From contig CDRNVI010000003.1 of NCBI GenBank assembly GCA_977017575.1, positions 372,001 through 436,000 of the forward strand: a stretch of 64,000 bases of DNA. Direction: 5' to 3'. The DNA is from Paramoeba atlantica. Taxonomy: Eukaryota; Protista; Discosea. The notes below the pieces were generated by a model. The model was not told the DNA's origin, made no database searches, and saw only the letters and a list, made by a program, of their open reading frames with translations. This document shows, one piece after another, positions 22,062 to 32,889 of this stretch; position 1 is the first letter of the stretch, and each line of letters begins with the position of its first letter. Position numbers and translations under genes: made by a program.

Positions 22062-22979
22062 TTAATTTTCGCTCAGGTTCAAATAAGGAGGGTAGACATG
22101 CTTCTCGACGCATGCAGCGTTGACCATTGCACGAATTGAATTTATGAAGGGGTCAACTACCTTATCTCTCGATGCTCCAATAGTGTGCAAAAAGAGAACG
22201 ACAGCTTCTGCGGTAGAAACACCGCTAAATCGAGTTCTACGCCGAACAGGATGAAGTATGCTGTTGTGAGAAGCAACAAGTCCAGGGTCTAGCGCAACGC
22301 GAGGTACATAGTCTGGTATAACCTTTTCAAGGGCCTTCGATTGATTCCACGTAGAATCAATAAGAAAAATAACCCATGGCTTGGGTTTAATAGTTGTCTC
22401 CTTCGGTACTACAGTATAATAATTAGTGGAATCAATAAACTTCGGCGAATCTCTATTTTTTCCTAAAAGAACCGAGTTTATGTATGAGGGCATGCTAGTA
22501 GATTTGCTTCCGGGATACAATACACAACTGAAATGATATGCCTCCAATATTTCCGAAATACGTATCCTTGATGACTCAAGCCCTTCAAGCAGTATTTCAG
22601 CTGCAAAACATGCCCCTACCACCTTTCCTGAATTACTTACCCGCGAAAACTCATGGCTATGCATACAAAGAACGAATTTAATATCCGGAACCAAATGTGC
22701 TAAATAAACCATTTGTGGACAAACACAATGCTTCAATGAAATCCAACAATATTTGCAGCGCTTTCTAATATACAGTCCTTCAAGTGCAATACCCATCCGA
22801 CGTCGAATGTTTTCAACTAATTTAAAATTCCCATCTTTCTCTTTCTCTTTGCGCATGTATGCGCACCAGTCCGTATTAGACCACTGACTAGTGTAACAGT
22901 TTTGCTGATAATTTTTATTACTTGCGATACTTTCAATTCCGGCCCGGAACAAGTTTTCGGAGTCATATAGTGTTTTCAT
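22062..22979 (-). CDS. DTW-domain protein (tRNA-uridine aminocarboxypropyltransferase-like)
   Basis: RCKYCW..CVCP, HSHEFSRVSNSG, VLYPG, LIDSTWNQSK, STAEAV. Confidence 0.85.
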   Translation of the reverse strand: MKTLYDSENLFRAGIESIASNKNYQQNCYTSQWSNTDWCAYMRKEKEKDGNFKLVENIRRRMGIALEGLYIRKRCKYCWISLKHCVCPQMVYLAHLVPDIKFVLCMHSHEFSRVSNSGKVVGACFAAEILLEGLESSRIRISEILEAYHFSCVLYPGSKSTSMPSYINSVLLGKNRDSPKFIDSTNYYTVVPKETTIKPKPWVIFLIDSTWNQSKALEKVIPDYVPRVALDPGLVASHNSILHPVRRRTRFSGVSTAEAVVLFLHTIGASRDKVVDPFINSIRAMVNAACVEKHVYPPYLNLSEN

Positions 22980-23686
22980 GCGACAAATGGTCGGCGCAAA
23001 TGTAAATTATGTAAATTAAATAAGGGGAATACAGAACAATCAAACTAATGGGTGAACGTCTAATGTATTCGGTACCTGTGAAATCTTCACAGAAAATTTC
23101 GCCCGACCGTTTTTTCGGACTCCAATAAAACCAAGTTAATTTTTCTGTTTTTTGCGGTAACCTACAGTACTGACCTAAAACCAATCCACAGTCCGGTTTT
23201 AACGTTCCGGAGGAATATTAATTAGCTACAGTAATGTTAACTTTCCAAGGTTCTCTTGGGTAAGCCGTATATTCGGCGCAACCTGTTGGTAAAAAAAGCA
23301 CGTTGGTGTCGCCTTGGACAAGTAAAAACTGGTAGAGGAATTCCGTGTACATAAACTTAGCAAACTTTGTGCATGCGCTTTCTTTCCTTTCAAATACTTT
23401 AGCAACCAAAAAAATAGAAAAGTGTTGGGGAGGTAGGAAAAAAAGGAGGTACGAAATACTACGATCTGCAATAAAGACTTTTTGGGTATTCTATGGGGAA
23501 AAAGTACCCCAATTTTTTGGTTTTTCCCGTTTTTTACTTAATTTTTTAGAAACAACGATCTTTTATTGATCAAATTCGGTCGAATCTCCCTTTTTTCCCC
23601 CAAATTTTTAAAAATTTTGAAGGGCACTCCTAATACTAAAATTATTCACTTGTATTTCATCAGCTCATCTCTGAGGCTGAAATATA

Positions 23687-24626
23687 CAGGGGTGCGGGTC
23701 TAAAGGTGGGGGGGTCTAAAATTCGTAAAAGTTGTCGAATTTTGGAAAATAATAGCGCATTGGATAGCTCTCACAGAGTTGTGTGTTTTAGGCGAATTAA
23801 AATCCTGCGATTTTAACGTACATATTTTTTGTTACCATATTTCGCTTTTTTCCCTTGCAGAAATTACATTTTTTACTAGAAAATGCCCCAAAAGCGCGCT
23901 CGCTCGAGGACTTCCCGTGGAGTACTGAGCGATAGATCGTATTCTTCCCCCGCCCCCGTCAAAGAGAGCCACCGCATGCTTTTGGTGGCGGAATACGAGC
24001 GCACAGGATCGTACTCCGCTACGGCACAGCACTTTGGTGTTCATGAGAACACTGTAAAACGTTGGGTTGAACGTTTTACCCTTACGGGTGACGTGTTAAC
24101 GGCATCCCGAGAGCGTGTTTCGACGGTGGTTACTCCTGCGCTCCTGGATGTGGCTCTTAAGCTTGTCGACGAGGGGTATGACCTTGTTTACGGCGTAGAG
24201 AGCTGGAGCGCTCTTCTGGTCTGTGATGGACACAGACAAAAATCTTCTTCGACCCCGAAATCGACAGCAACTGAAAGCCGCTATTGAGGGGTCTTTCCTT
24301 AAATTGAAACAGACCCACTCTGCAACGGTTAAGAAAACGTTGAAGAGTTTCAGGAAGCGTTGTGAAATTGTTATTAGTCGGAACGGGGGGCACTGTGGTT
24401 ACTAATTGTCTTTTGCAATCCAAATTACAGAAATTATTGACACCACTAAAGTATTGCAATATGTGTTTTTGACCCTTACATGAAAGGGGGGTACCCCCCA
24501 AACCCCGGAAGCTACCTATCCTAAAACATACAACTCTGTGAGAGCTATCCAATGCGCTATTATTTTCCAAAATTGGACAACTTTTACGAATTTTAGACCC
24601 CCCCCACCTTTAGATTCGCACCCCTG
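23687..24626 (+). mobile_element. Internally deleted Tc1-like element (940 bp)
   Basis: TA flanks at 23685-86 and 24627-28. About 105-bp TIRs (CAGGGGTGCG..TCTAAAGGTGGGGGGG...TTTTAGG). HTH N-terminus (FGVHENTVKRWVERF) joined out of frame to the C-terminal tail (RKRCEIVISRNGGHCGY); DDE core missing. Confidence 0.9.
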
Positions 24627-25071
24627 TAGGCCATTCGTGCTTTCAATTTCCCATTTCGCTCGTTCACGTGTTATCCATACAGTATTGATACGCTACCGAA
24701 CTCTATAAGTGTGTCACACCTTTTGTCAATCTGGCGTGCCACAATTTGAGATCTAGTACTCGTATTTTCTATAAATGTCCCCGAGTGGCTTGGTGTAAGT
24801 AAGCCAATGTCTTCTCTTTCGTCAATACCAATCTAGAAGGATTGCTAAATCGCTGAACTCGAAAAAACATTGAAGTTTTTTTTTTTGAAAACATTTGGGG
24901 GAAAAAAGGGAGATTCCACCATCAAAAGCGGTTATTCTATTGACTTTTCATCCATTTTTGTCGATGTTTCGAATCCACTCTTCTCTCTATGAATCGTCTG
25001 GGGTGCACGATGTTTTCTTTCTTGGTGTTTGTCAGCTCAATCTTGCGAAAAACGGAAGAAAAGGCGCCTAG

Positions 25072-25275
25072 GTGTCTTTAGAAACACAGTTTGTGTGCCA
25101 ATGCATCCCGTATTACTACCCCCCCCATCCTAGCGTTGCCCCGGTAACCCCCCTCCAAGCGTTGCTTTGGAGGATGACGAAGTGCCATCCAGTGCCATCC
25201 AAAACAGAGCTATGGGAATCGAGGGAGGACCATGTCCGCCCGATGAGTGTAGAACAAGTGGTGGCCATGATATGA
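25072..25275 (+). mobile_element. Possible ancient Tc1/IS630-like C-terminal fragment
   Basis: YYPPHPSVAPVTPLQALLWRMTK...SKTELWES weakly resembles the LPPYSPDLNPIE..W..K / P.T..EL segment. Confidence 0.3.
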
Positions 25276-25855
25276 AAAAGCACATAAAAAACAAAGACTT
25301 TTCTAAGGAATTATAAATTCTTAGCAGTGACAGCAGGGGTTTCATACTGAACAACCAAGAACAGCAATTTTTTCCCCCATGTTTTCGCCGATCGCATTTT
25401 TATTTGTGGAAGTGTCTTTACGAACAATACGTGTCATTGTGAAAAATAGGAAATGTGAACTATAGTACTTTAACATTGCTAAAGAACGAGTGGGACATCA
25501 TAACATTCCCCCCGGAGTGTTATGAAGCTACAGGAATGTTAAACCGGACTGTGGTTTTCGTTTTTCCGAAACGTAGTGACTAGGGGGGGGGGCAAACAAC
25601 TTGGGGGAAAAGTACCACTATCTCGAAAGCCTTTCTCCTCTATTCAAATGAAGCACTTTCTCGCTGTCGTGAAAAGTTGCGTTTTTTTCGAAAGAGGTAT
25701 CGTTGCTTGCTTGCCTGCAAAAGCAGTATTTAGATTATGGCGTACTCTTCATATTATGACGTGATTATTTCACATTTTACTTCAAAATCTTAATCGTAAT
25801 AACGCCGTCAAATAAATACGTTATATCTAAGATAATAAACGACGCAAATAATCTT

Positions 25856-26737
25856 CTAAAAAGAGAATATGTTTTTTCTATCGTGTCCAATTCTATTGAG
25901 TAGCTGTTGAGATAGTCGTACTAGCCCAGATGGACCACAAATAAGAAATAATGTATCTGCGTGAGGACAAGGTAGGTACATGGAAATCATTGGCTCATCT
26001 ACTCGCCCCGTAATCTCCTTATCCTTACTGAAGTCTTTAGTTAATGTATACGTTACGGTAAAGCGTGAATCTTCCATCAAATTATCAAGCTCCGAACGAC
26101 ATAATATATCAGATTTCGCGCAATTTGAGAATAGAAGGTACATCGTAGTTTTATCTTTCGCATCTTTCAGCACGGCGTGAATTATTTGCAGCATGGGTGT
26201 TATTCCCGTGCCTCCTGCAATCATTCCAATACGTTTGCATCTTCGTATTTCTGTGTTCAATATACCATATTTTCCCATTCCATGATATACAAATTTCCCC
26301 TTTGGTCCCATAACGTCCAATGTTGATCCTGTTGAAAGTGATTTCAAATACTGTGTCATGATACCACCTTTCTTTTGGCCGTATGGTTCATAAACTTTCA
26401 CAAGAAGATCAAAGTATCCCTTTGCATTTACGGAAGATACAGGTGTATATGGCCGAGCTACCGTTTTCCCATCAATGCAGGTACGTAAAAATATATGTTG
26501 TCCTGCGTCCAATCCAAGAACTTCATTTTTGGGCAAAAGGAATCGAAAAACGTACGTATCGTGACTCAACGGGACTTTCAAAGCCAACTTGCACTGTCGA
26601 TAAAAGTTCTTTTGAAGAAACACAACTCCTCTTATTCTACGGTATATGACACATCCAATTAGAATAATTCCCGATATGACCGAAGGCAAATATGGACGTA
26701 ACCGAAAGTGCTGTGCCATGGAGTAACCGAAAGTCAT
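25856..26737 (-). CDS. NADH-cytochrome b5 reductase
   Basis: LGLDAGQHI, RPYTPVS, GGIMTQYL, GPKG, GMIAGGTGITPMLQ, ICGP. First in-frame ATG at 26737. Confidence 0.93.
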   Translation of the reverse strand: MTFGYSMAQHFRLRPYLPSVISGIILIGCVIYRRIRGVVFLQKNFYRQCKLALKVPLSHDTYVFRFLLPKNEVLGLDAGQHIFLRTCIDGKTVARPYTPVSSVNAKGYFDLLVKVYEPYGQKKGGIMTQYLKSLSTGSTLDVMGPKGKFVYHGMGKYGILNTEIRRCKRIGMIAGGTGITPMLQIIHAVLKDAKDKTTMYLLFSNCAKSDILCRSELDNLMEDSRFTVTYTLTKDFSKDKEITGRVDEPMISMYLPCPHADTLFLICGPSGLVRLSQQLLNRIGHDRKNIFSF

Positions 26738-27022
26738 AAAAGTTACTGTCGTTATCGTTACTTTGTGTTCCAAATTGTTGTCGGTGTACTGACTTACTTT
26801 GTGGGTCAAAATTTATGTTATAAATTTCTTTACTTCATTAATAAGAGTCCTTGACACCCAGAGTGGTAAAATTTCTTAAAAGTATATACAATGTGTATAA
26901 AATCTATCTACAATGACTCGGAACCGAATGCTCTCCATGTTCTTGAGCAAGGTCATTAAAAGAAACCACGACGTTAAAAAACAAGTAAGATCCCTCGACT
27001 TGTGAAGTGAACTCTCTGTTCA

Positions 27023-27778
27023 TTATTCTTTCCCCCATACGTCTTGTATCATAGTCTCAGACCAGTAACTTGCCCGAAGAGATCCCGGAAGTTCCCCGAG
27101 ATATACTAATCCGCAAAGCTCTTTATTCCTGCTTAAATCGATCCACCTTAGACTCCCAGGCAAATGAGAAAGGTCGACCTCGCCCGAGAATTGGTTTACG
27201 TGAAGAAAAATATCTAGTAAAGTAGGAGGCAACCGCGTTAGCTCGAGACTACCAGTAAAACTATTGCATGCCAGCGCGAGGGAAACAAGTTTGGGAGGAA
27301 GCTCTGCAAGGTTAACACTCCCCGATAAACGATTCTCAACGACGGAGATAGTAATTAGAGCACCTGGAATAGGTGGAGAAACTAAATCAAGAGATCCAGA
27401 GAACTGATTGCGCATCAAAGAAATCTCACTCAGTGACGAGGGAAGAGATCCAAGATTTATCCCACCCGTTAGAGCATTATTTTGGAGATGTAGTACACGT
27501 ACAGAGTGTGGTAGATAAGACCAATTTATCGAACCCTTGAGTTCCTTTCCACGAGACAATGCCGACACAGTAATGTGGGTTACTTCCTCTAAGGAAGAAC
27601 AAGCAATTCCAAACCAAGAGCATGCCGGAGTCTCAACGGACCACCCAGCTTCCGGGTTAATTATCTCCTGAAAGAAACGAGAGAGGTCGTACTCGGCCGG
27701 AAGCGGGATACCTCTAATCTTCTTAGGCCGAGTACCTTTTGCTTCTTCTCTAGTGTACAGAACCAATGTTTGAAACAT
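27023..27778 (-). CDS. Plant-type leucine-rich repeat protein (LRRNT cap + about 7 LRRs)
   Basis: Repeats of LPxxLxxLxLxxNxFxGx(L/V)xL; cap W...TPACSWFGIAC. Confidence 0.85.
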   Translation of the reverse strand: MFQTLVLYTREEAKGTRPKKIRGIPLPAEYDLSRFFQEIINPEAGWSVETPACSWFGIACSSLEEVTHITVSALSRGKELKGSINWSYLPHSVRVLHLQNNALTGGINLGSLPSSLSEISLMRNQFSGSLDLVSPPIPGALITISVVENRLSGSVNLAELPPKLVSLALACNSFTGSLELTRLPPTLLDIFLHVNQFSGEVDLSHLPGSLRWIDLSRNKELCGLVYLGELPGSLRASYWSETMIQDVWGKE

Positions 27779-28376
27779 TATTTAATAAAGTATACGAACT
27801 ATATTGAAGATGTATTCAAAAAGAACATGCGGCAGGAAATACGATTACAAAGCAAGTCGCAGGTACCTTACCCTAGTTTACTCTATTTTGCGGATCTGAT
27901 ATAATTTAGTTAGATTCTACTGCGAAACGAAATTTCGGACCAAGGCGTTTCCTGATATTCGCTATACATATTAGTTCTTGTGCTTTCTTCCTTATACATT
28001 TCCTTATACCACATAGACTACATGGTAGACTACATGACCACTACGGCATATTAGTCCGTAGGGTTTCAAGCAAGAACGCTTTCTAGATCACTTTAGTTCT
28101 TTAGCGAAGTAGTGGAACTATATCGTTTATATATATCGTTTATTCCATCATGTATGAACTAGAATACAAAACTCTCGCAACCACTCTACATAATTCGGCA
28201 CAGGTGGCTAAGACCAGTTACACGGATGAAACCGCAAGATCCTGACATGCTCTTGATCACGAAGAGAATGCAGCTCAGCCGCTCTGTCAGGCCAGTTGTG
28301 ACGTCGAAGCACTAGAAAAAAAAATAATTAACCAAAGCTTTATGAAAGTACCCCCCTAGGCCCACCGGAAGCCTAC

Positions 28377-28727
28377 TTATGAAAGACTATTATCATTTGA
28401 TTGAGAGTTAGTTGTGCTCCCAGAATTTGCGTCCTGCTGCTCTTCTACATGTATTCTCTCGGTGGTTTCTAAACCTCGATGAAGTGCAGCTGTTCCCTTG
28501 GCATAATACCGGTCGTGTCGCCTTGCCTCTGAAGCGCTGTGATTAATCTGTGTTGGGAATAAGAGACAATCCTTTGCAAAGTGACCTATTTGGTGACAAC
28601 GATGACACTTAATATCACGCCTGCACTCAAGATGAGTATGTCCATCAGAACCACATCGGGTGCAGTACGCAACATTTTTTTCATGATTTTTAAACTTGAA
28701 CATTATGGGGGTGAGATCAATAAACAA
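28377..28727 (-). CDS. Double CCHC zinc-knuckle protein or gag-like remnant
   Basis: CTRCGSDGHTHLEC and CHRCHQIGHFAKDC (CX2CX4HX4C twice). Confidence 0.6.
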   Translation of the reverse strand: MFIDLTPIMFKFKNHEKNVAYCTRCGSDGHTHLECRRDIKCHRCHQIGHFAKDCLLFPTQINHSASEARRHDRYYAKGTAALHRGLETTERIHVEEQQDANSGSTTNSQSNDNSLS

Positions 28728-29001
28728 TGTACGAAAAACTTAATGTATAAAACGAGAAACAAAATTTAAAAGAGAATGAAGAGAATATTTGTCAAAGTAA
28801 ATTTAATATGACCGAGATTCGTGGGACATACATGATCCGTATGATTTACATGTATAGCACAATTGACGATGCTGCAATGGTATACAGTGGATGATGTTTG
28901 TAATATGATTTTGCGCAACACGAATAAGACGTATTGCTGCGCTATCACCATGCTATGTACTTTGTGCGAGCCGCGACACATAATTTCACCCGTTCGTAGT
29001 A

Positions 29002-31158
29002 TTATTTTCTCGTCGCATTTCGTTTGCTTCCCGACAGTAAGTCTGACGAGACTAACGACTCAGGAAAACTGAGCCGCGACGCCATGCCAGAAGCAAGTTC
29101 GAGCCAGTCGGAGGCGATCTCAGGTGTGACACGAGAGTCATTCTGGTACGAATGGTGCCCTCTTACAAACTCTCTCATGAATGCAGCAGTAGTTTTCAAT
29201 TCCCCATTTGCTTTTCGACGTACGAATTCTACGTAACGAAGGAGAGTTTCCGCACTTTTTTCGTGCGATTCCAGTTTGGAAGTGACAGGTTGATTTTCCA
29301 AGGTATCGTGTACAACGCGCTCAACGTAGTGCGCTATGCCTTTAAAAGAGCCATCTTCGGTACCGCAAATAATTTCTTTGATAAGAAGTGGTTGAATCAC
29401 AGCCTCTCCGTCATCTTCGATGTTTACCCGCCAGCGGAAACTGCGCTCGCGAACGGCGTCTCTACGGTGCGCCTTGGCTAAGTTAATCTCTACCACGCTC
29501 AGTGGGACATAGCAATGCAAATTATACATCACTATTGCTCGTGCAAAGAGAACGACAAACACAGCAAAAGCAGCGTTCTCAAACGTACTCATCGATACTT
29601 CCATCACACGGAACTCCACCCGCCAGCCAATATCCGGACGTCCCGCAGGGGGAGGCTTAAAACGCACGGTTTGCCAGTTGGTGCTTTGAATATTTTCAAA
29701 GTGATCACTGCTCGGAATGTGCGAGGAATTACAATCCTCCGATCCCAATGCACCATCATACACCACCAACGGATCCCGTATAAACAAGTGCGCAAGGTGA
29801 CGCGCCAGTACCTCATCCACCCCAGCTTTCATCAACGCCTGCAGCGCACGCGCATCCACCTGCAACGGACAGTCATTATACCTCCCCAAATCCGGGGAGC
29901 GCTGGCCAATAAACGAACTGATACTGTCGTACCGCGACTTGGGAATCCGCGGGACCTCCTCATCCACGCGGTCATCCACGGAGGCACTGATCGTCATCCA
30001 CCGCACGTCGCTGTCGGTGAGCAGCCCTTTCTGCACGGCGGTGGCCGCGGTGAGGGCGAGCATCACGGGGCACAGCACCGCGAGCTGGTCGTACACGTGC
30101 CGGGCCTCCTCGATGTGGCGCAGCTGCAGGGTGACCTGCAGGCAGCAGCAGCCCATGCCGAAGGCCATGCAGTCCATGTAGACCCCGGGGTGGGAGACGG
30201 GGGGGAGGGTGGGGGTGCCGTTGGGATGTGTTGTGGCGGGTTGGCTCGGGTCCCCGTCGTACCGGTGCCGCACCCCGGCAATGTTGCCGTAGTACTGGGG
30301 GTAGTAGTACTGGGTGAAGGCGGGGGAGACTTGGAGCGCGGGGAGGGGGGAGGGGGGGGAGGGGGTCCGGGGAGGGGCCTGGGCGGCAGGAGGGGCGTCC
30401 TGGGCGTTCGTGGTGAGGGAGGATTCCGGGGAGGCGACCTCTGCCCCAATGTGTTGGTTTCGCGGGTCGAGGTCAATGTTGCGTACGGGGTCGATTTGTG
30501 TGCGGGGTTCGAGGAGTAGAGGGATTTGGATGCAGACTTTTCGTCGGCGGCGAAGGCGGATGTTTTGGGTGAGGGTGAGAAACCGTGGGTGGGGGTTGAT
30601 ACAGGCGTCGGGGATAAAGAGACTTCCGGAGTGTGTGTTGGTCGAGGGGTCCAGCTCAACGGGAGGATCAGTAAAAGATCCCACCCCGAGTAGTGGAAAC
30701 GTACTCAGAAGTAACGGAACGTCGTCGGTTGGCCGCAACCGGTTCCGAAGGTATTCGTAGCGCTGCTGCATGTTCCCCTCCACGGAGCGCAGAGAGAGAA
30801 GGGTGTCGTTGTACGGACGCATCGGGGTGCTTTCCATCATAAAGCTGGCGTACTCGGGAAGCCAGTGTCCCACTTGATCGCGTTCCTCCAGAGGCTGTAG
30901 CGTGTCGACCAGATTCGCAGCACGTAGACTCAGCGTGTAGCGTGGTTTCTGGTTGGATGCGCCTGTGGCCGACTGTCGGTGCGTTATAAGGTATTCGAGC
31001 TCGTCGCCCCACAAAAAAGGGTCCTTGTCACGATCACGGTTGTTGCAAAAGATTTCAAGCACCTGAGCAATACCTTGTTGGAGTACGTACTGGTTCGCCG
31101 CCGGGCGGCGAGCATCAGTCCACTTGATGGGTGCACCCAGACGTGACAGGAGCCCCAT
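29002..31158 (-). CDS. GSH1: Glutamate-cysteine ligase (gamma-glutamylcysteine synthetase)
   Basis: MGLLS start, LWGDELEY, PEYASFMMESTP, YMDCMAFGMGCCCLQVT, PKSRYDS, FENIQSTNWQTVRFKPP, GWRVEFR. Confidence 0.97.
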   Translation of the reverse strand: MGLLSRLGAPIKWTDARRPAANQYVLQQGIAQVLEIFCNNRDRDKDPFLWGDELEYLITHRQSATGASNQKPRYTLSLRAANLVDTLQPLEERDQVGHWLPEYASFMMESTPMRPYNDTLLSLRSVEGNMQQRYEYLRNRLRPTDDVPLLLSTFPLLGVGSFTDPPVELDPSTNTHSGSLFIPDACINPHPRFLTLTQNIRLRRRRKVCIQIPLLLEPRTQIDPVRNIDLDPRNQHIGAEVASPESSLTTNAQDAPPAAQAPPRTPSPPSPLPALQVSPAFTQYYYPQYYGNIAGVRHRYDGDPSQPATTHPNGTPTLPPVSHPGVYMDCMAFGMGCCCLQVTLQLRHIEEARHVYDQLAVLCPVMLALTAATAVQKGLLTDSDVRWMTISASVDDRVDEEVPRIPKSRYDSISSFIGQRSPDLGRYNDCPLQVDARALQALMKAGVDEVLARHLAHLFIRDPLVVYDGALGSEDCNSSHIPSSDHFENIQSTNWQTVRFKPPPAGRPDIGWRVEFRVMEVSMSTFENAAFAVFVVLFARAIVMYNLHCYVPLSVVEINLAKAHRRDAVRERSFRWRVNIEDDGEAVIQPLLIKEIICGTEDGSFKGIAHYVERVVHDTLENQPVTSKLESHEKSAETLLRYVEFVRRKANGELKTTAAFMREFVRGHHSYQNDSRVTPEIASDWLELASGMASRLSFPESLVSSDLLSGSKRNATRK

Positions 31159-31488
31159 GGAGAAAAGTAAAGCTGTATGACTTAAACTAGGGAAGGAAAT
31201 GAGATGGAAAATCACAAGAATTTTAATATACGTTCGACGCCAAAGGAAGAGTTTTTCCTTTCAGGAAGATTTCGCGATACAAAATTATTATTTTGATCAC
31301 AAAGAATTTTGTATATACTGTATTATTAATACGGCGTTCACATTTCATGGTACTTCTGTTAATGAAAACAAGCAAAGAATTGGTAGCAAAATCTGTTGGC
31401 ATAGCCACAATTCTAGTCAAGACATTTTCTCAATTTGCTTATTCACTCGCTGTGCCTTCAACGAACTTTTCATTCGATTAGTGAAAAC

Positions 31489-32670
31489 CTAGCGCAGCGT
31501 CTTTTGCTGAAAACCTTGATCACCTTTTACACGAAATTCCATCGGACTGTATTGCACTTGAGGGTACTCATGAATTCTGCGGTGATCTTCGAGCTTCGTA
31601 CCTCCGACCCAGATGTCCATCTGCTCCGGATTGACAGACTTCCCGGCACAAATCTCTCGCTTGACTTCCCACACGTACTTCATCGGGTCGCACATACGAC
31701 GCTCCGCCCCTGGGTACGGGTCAGCCATTAGTCCACCACTGGGCGACCCGCCATAGTTCATATTCTGACTGGAGTGTTGTGAGGAGGACTGATTCTGTTG
31801 TGTGTTTGTGGAGGAACGAGAACTTTCTTGGCGCTGTCTTTGCCGTTCTTCCTTAGCTTCAAGCTCGCGACGTCGGGCGGCTGCATCGGTTTCCTTTTGT
31901 TTTTGTACCGGTCTGTAGGCTCCCGACTTTACATCTCGATAACGCGCGCGAAGACTTTCGGCGTTGAAACAGTCAGAGAAGTCAACACCATTTTCATGAA
32001 GGTATTGTGTGATCTCGGAAACGGGGGTGGAGTCTTCTGCATTGTTTTCGCATTCCTTTTGTTGAGAATCGGGACTTGATTCGATCACAATCTCTGTTTC
32101 AGAAATCACTTCCGCGCTTATTGGAGTACCGTCTTCCGGGCTACTTGTTGTACAAGTGAATTCCCTGACTTCTTGTCGTACGATGCGGGGAGTTTCAACT
32201 GAAGCAGCTGGTTTGTCTTTGACACTTGTAGATGAACTCTCTTCAGGTTCTTTCATCTTTAAAAATTGTTGAATGTCGTCATGAAGTGAAGCAGCTTCCC
32301 CCTGAACAGTACCAACGCGAACACAATATGCCTTTATTTTTGACAGGAGCGTGTCCCATTTCTGTTTTAGTGTATCGGACGATAGAAGCTCGCGTTGATT
32401 CTGTTGTGCTATATCAACTGCCTCTTGCTTGACTACACGAGCGGCACTGCACATATCACGTAGATCAAGAGATTGTCCCTTAAACTCTTCCGCAGCTTTG
32501 AGGAGTGTTTCTCGGGTCATACGACCACTTGGATCAACTGCAGCGTAGGAACGAACCCCCGTGACTAATACGGGAAAGCACATGTTGGTATTTGTAGCGC
32601 GACGGTCCATTACAGAACGTTTGAATGGCGAACGAGCCATAGATTTAAACAAAGAATCTGCACGCAACAT
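31489..32670 (-). CDS. Conserved hypothetical protein, probable mitochondrial; helical motif + C-terminal ubiquitin-like region (paralogue A)
   Basis: Arg/Ser-rich N-terminus. Shares EIT.YL...G.DFSDC..A.SLRARY and DPYP...P.KY.WEVK.E.C...G..LED.R with the 32890 ORF. Confidence 0.75.
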   Translation of the reverse strand: MLRADSLFKSMARSPFKRSVMDRRATNTNMCFPVLVTGVRSYAAVDPSGRMTRETLLKAAEEFKGQSLDLRDMCSAARVVKQEAVDIAQQNQRELLSSDTLKQKWDTLLSKIKAYCVRVGTVQGEAASLHDDIQQFLKMKEPEESSSTSVKDKPAASVETPRIVRQEVREFTCTTSSPEDGTPISAEVISETEIVIESSPDSQQKECENNAEDSTPVSEITQYLHENGVDFSDCFNAESLRARYRDVKSGAYRPVQKQKETDAAARRRELEAKEERQRQRQESSRSSTNTQQNQSSSQHSSQNMNYGGSPSGGLMADPYPGAERRMCDPMKYVWEVKREICAGKSVNPEQMDIWVGGTKLEDHRRIHEYPQVQYSPMEFRVKGDQGFQQKTLR

Positions 32671-32889
32671 AATGAGTTTCAAAGGAGATCAAATCACAAA
32701 ACAAATGCTATTATTTTGCACTAAAGGTACGCGCTAAGACGACGTTATCCCTTTCAAAAACGATAAGCTTAGCCGTCAACCATGCAAAAACCAAATACTC
32801 GTCTATATGAAATATAGATATTATATCTATATTTCATATATAACTATATGAAATTATGAAGACATTATTTTTTTGCAATCCCCCCTTAC

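Noticed and set aside
23218-23409. FLPTGC motif reminiscent of pogo DDE_1 transposases
   Set aside because: Too short and degenerate to support a call.
29515-30760. 334-aa and 148-aa plus-strand ORFs antisense to GSH1
   Set aside because: GC3 saturation removes antisense stop codons; no protein motifs.
32700-32730. AACAAATGCTATTATT, similar to the 5' half of the trypanosome spliced leader
   Set aside because: Lacks the GTTTCTGTACT core, lies on the antisense strand and is AT-rich enough to arise by chance.
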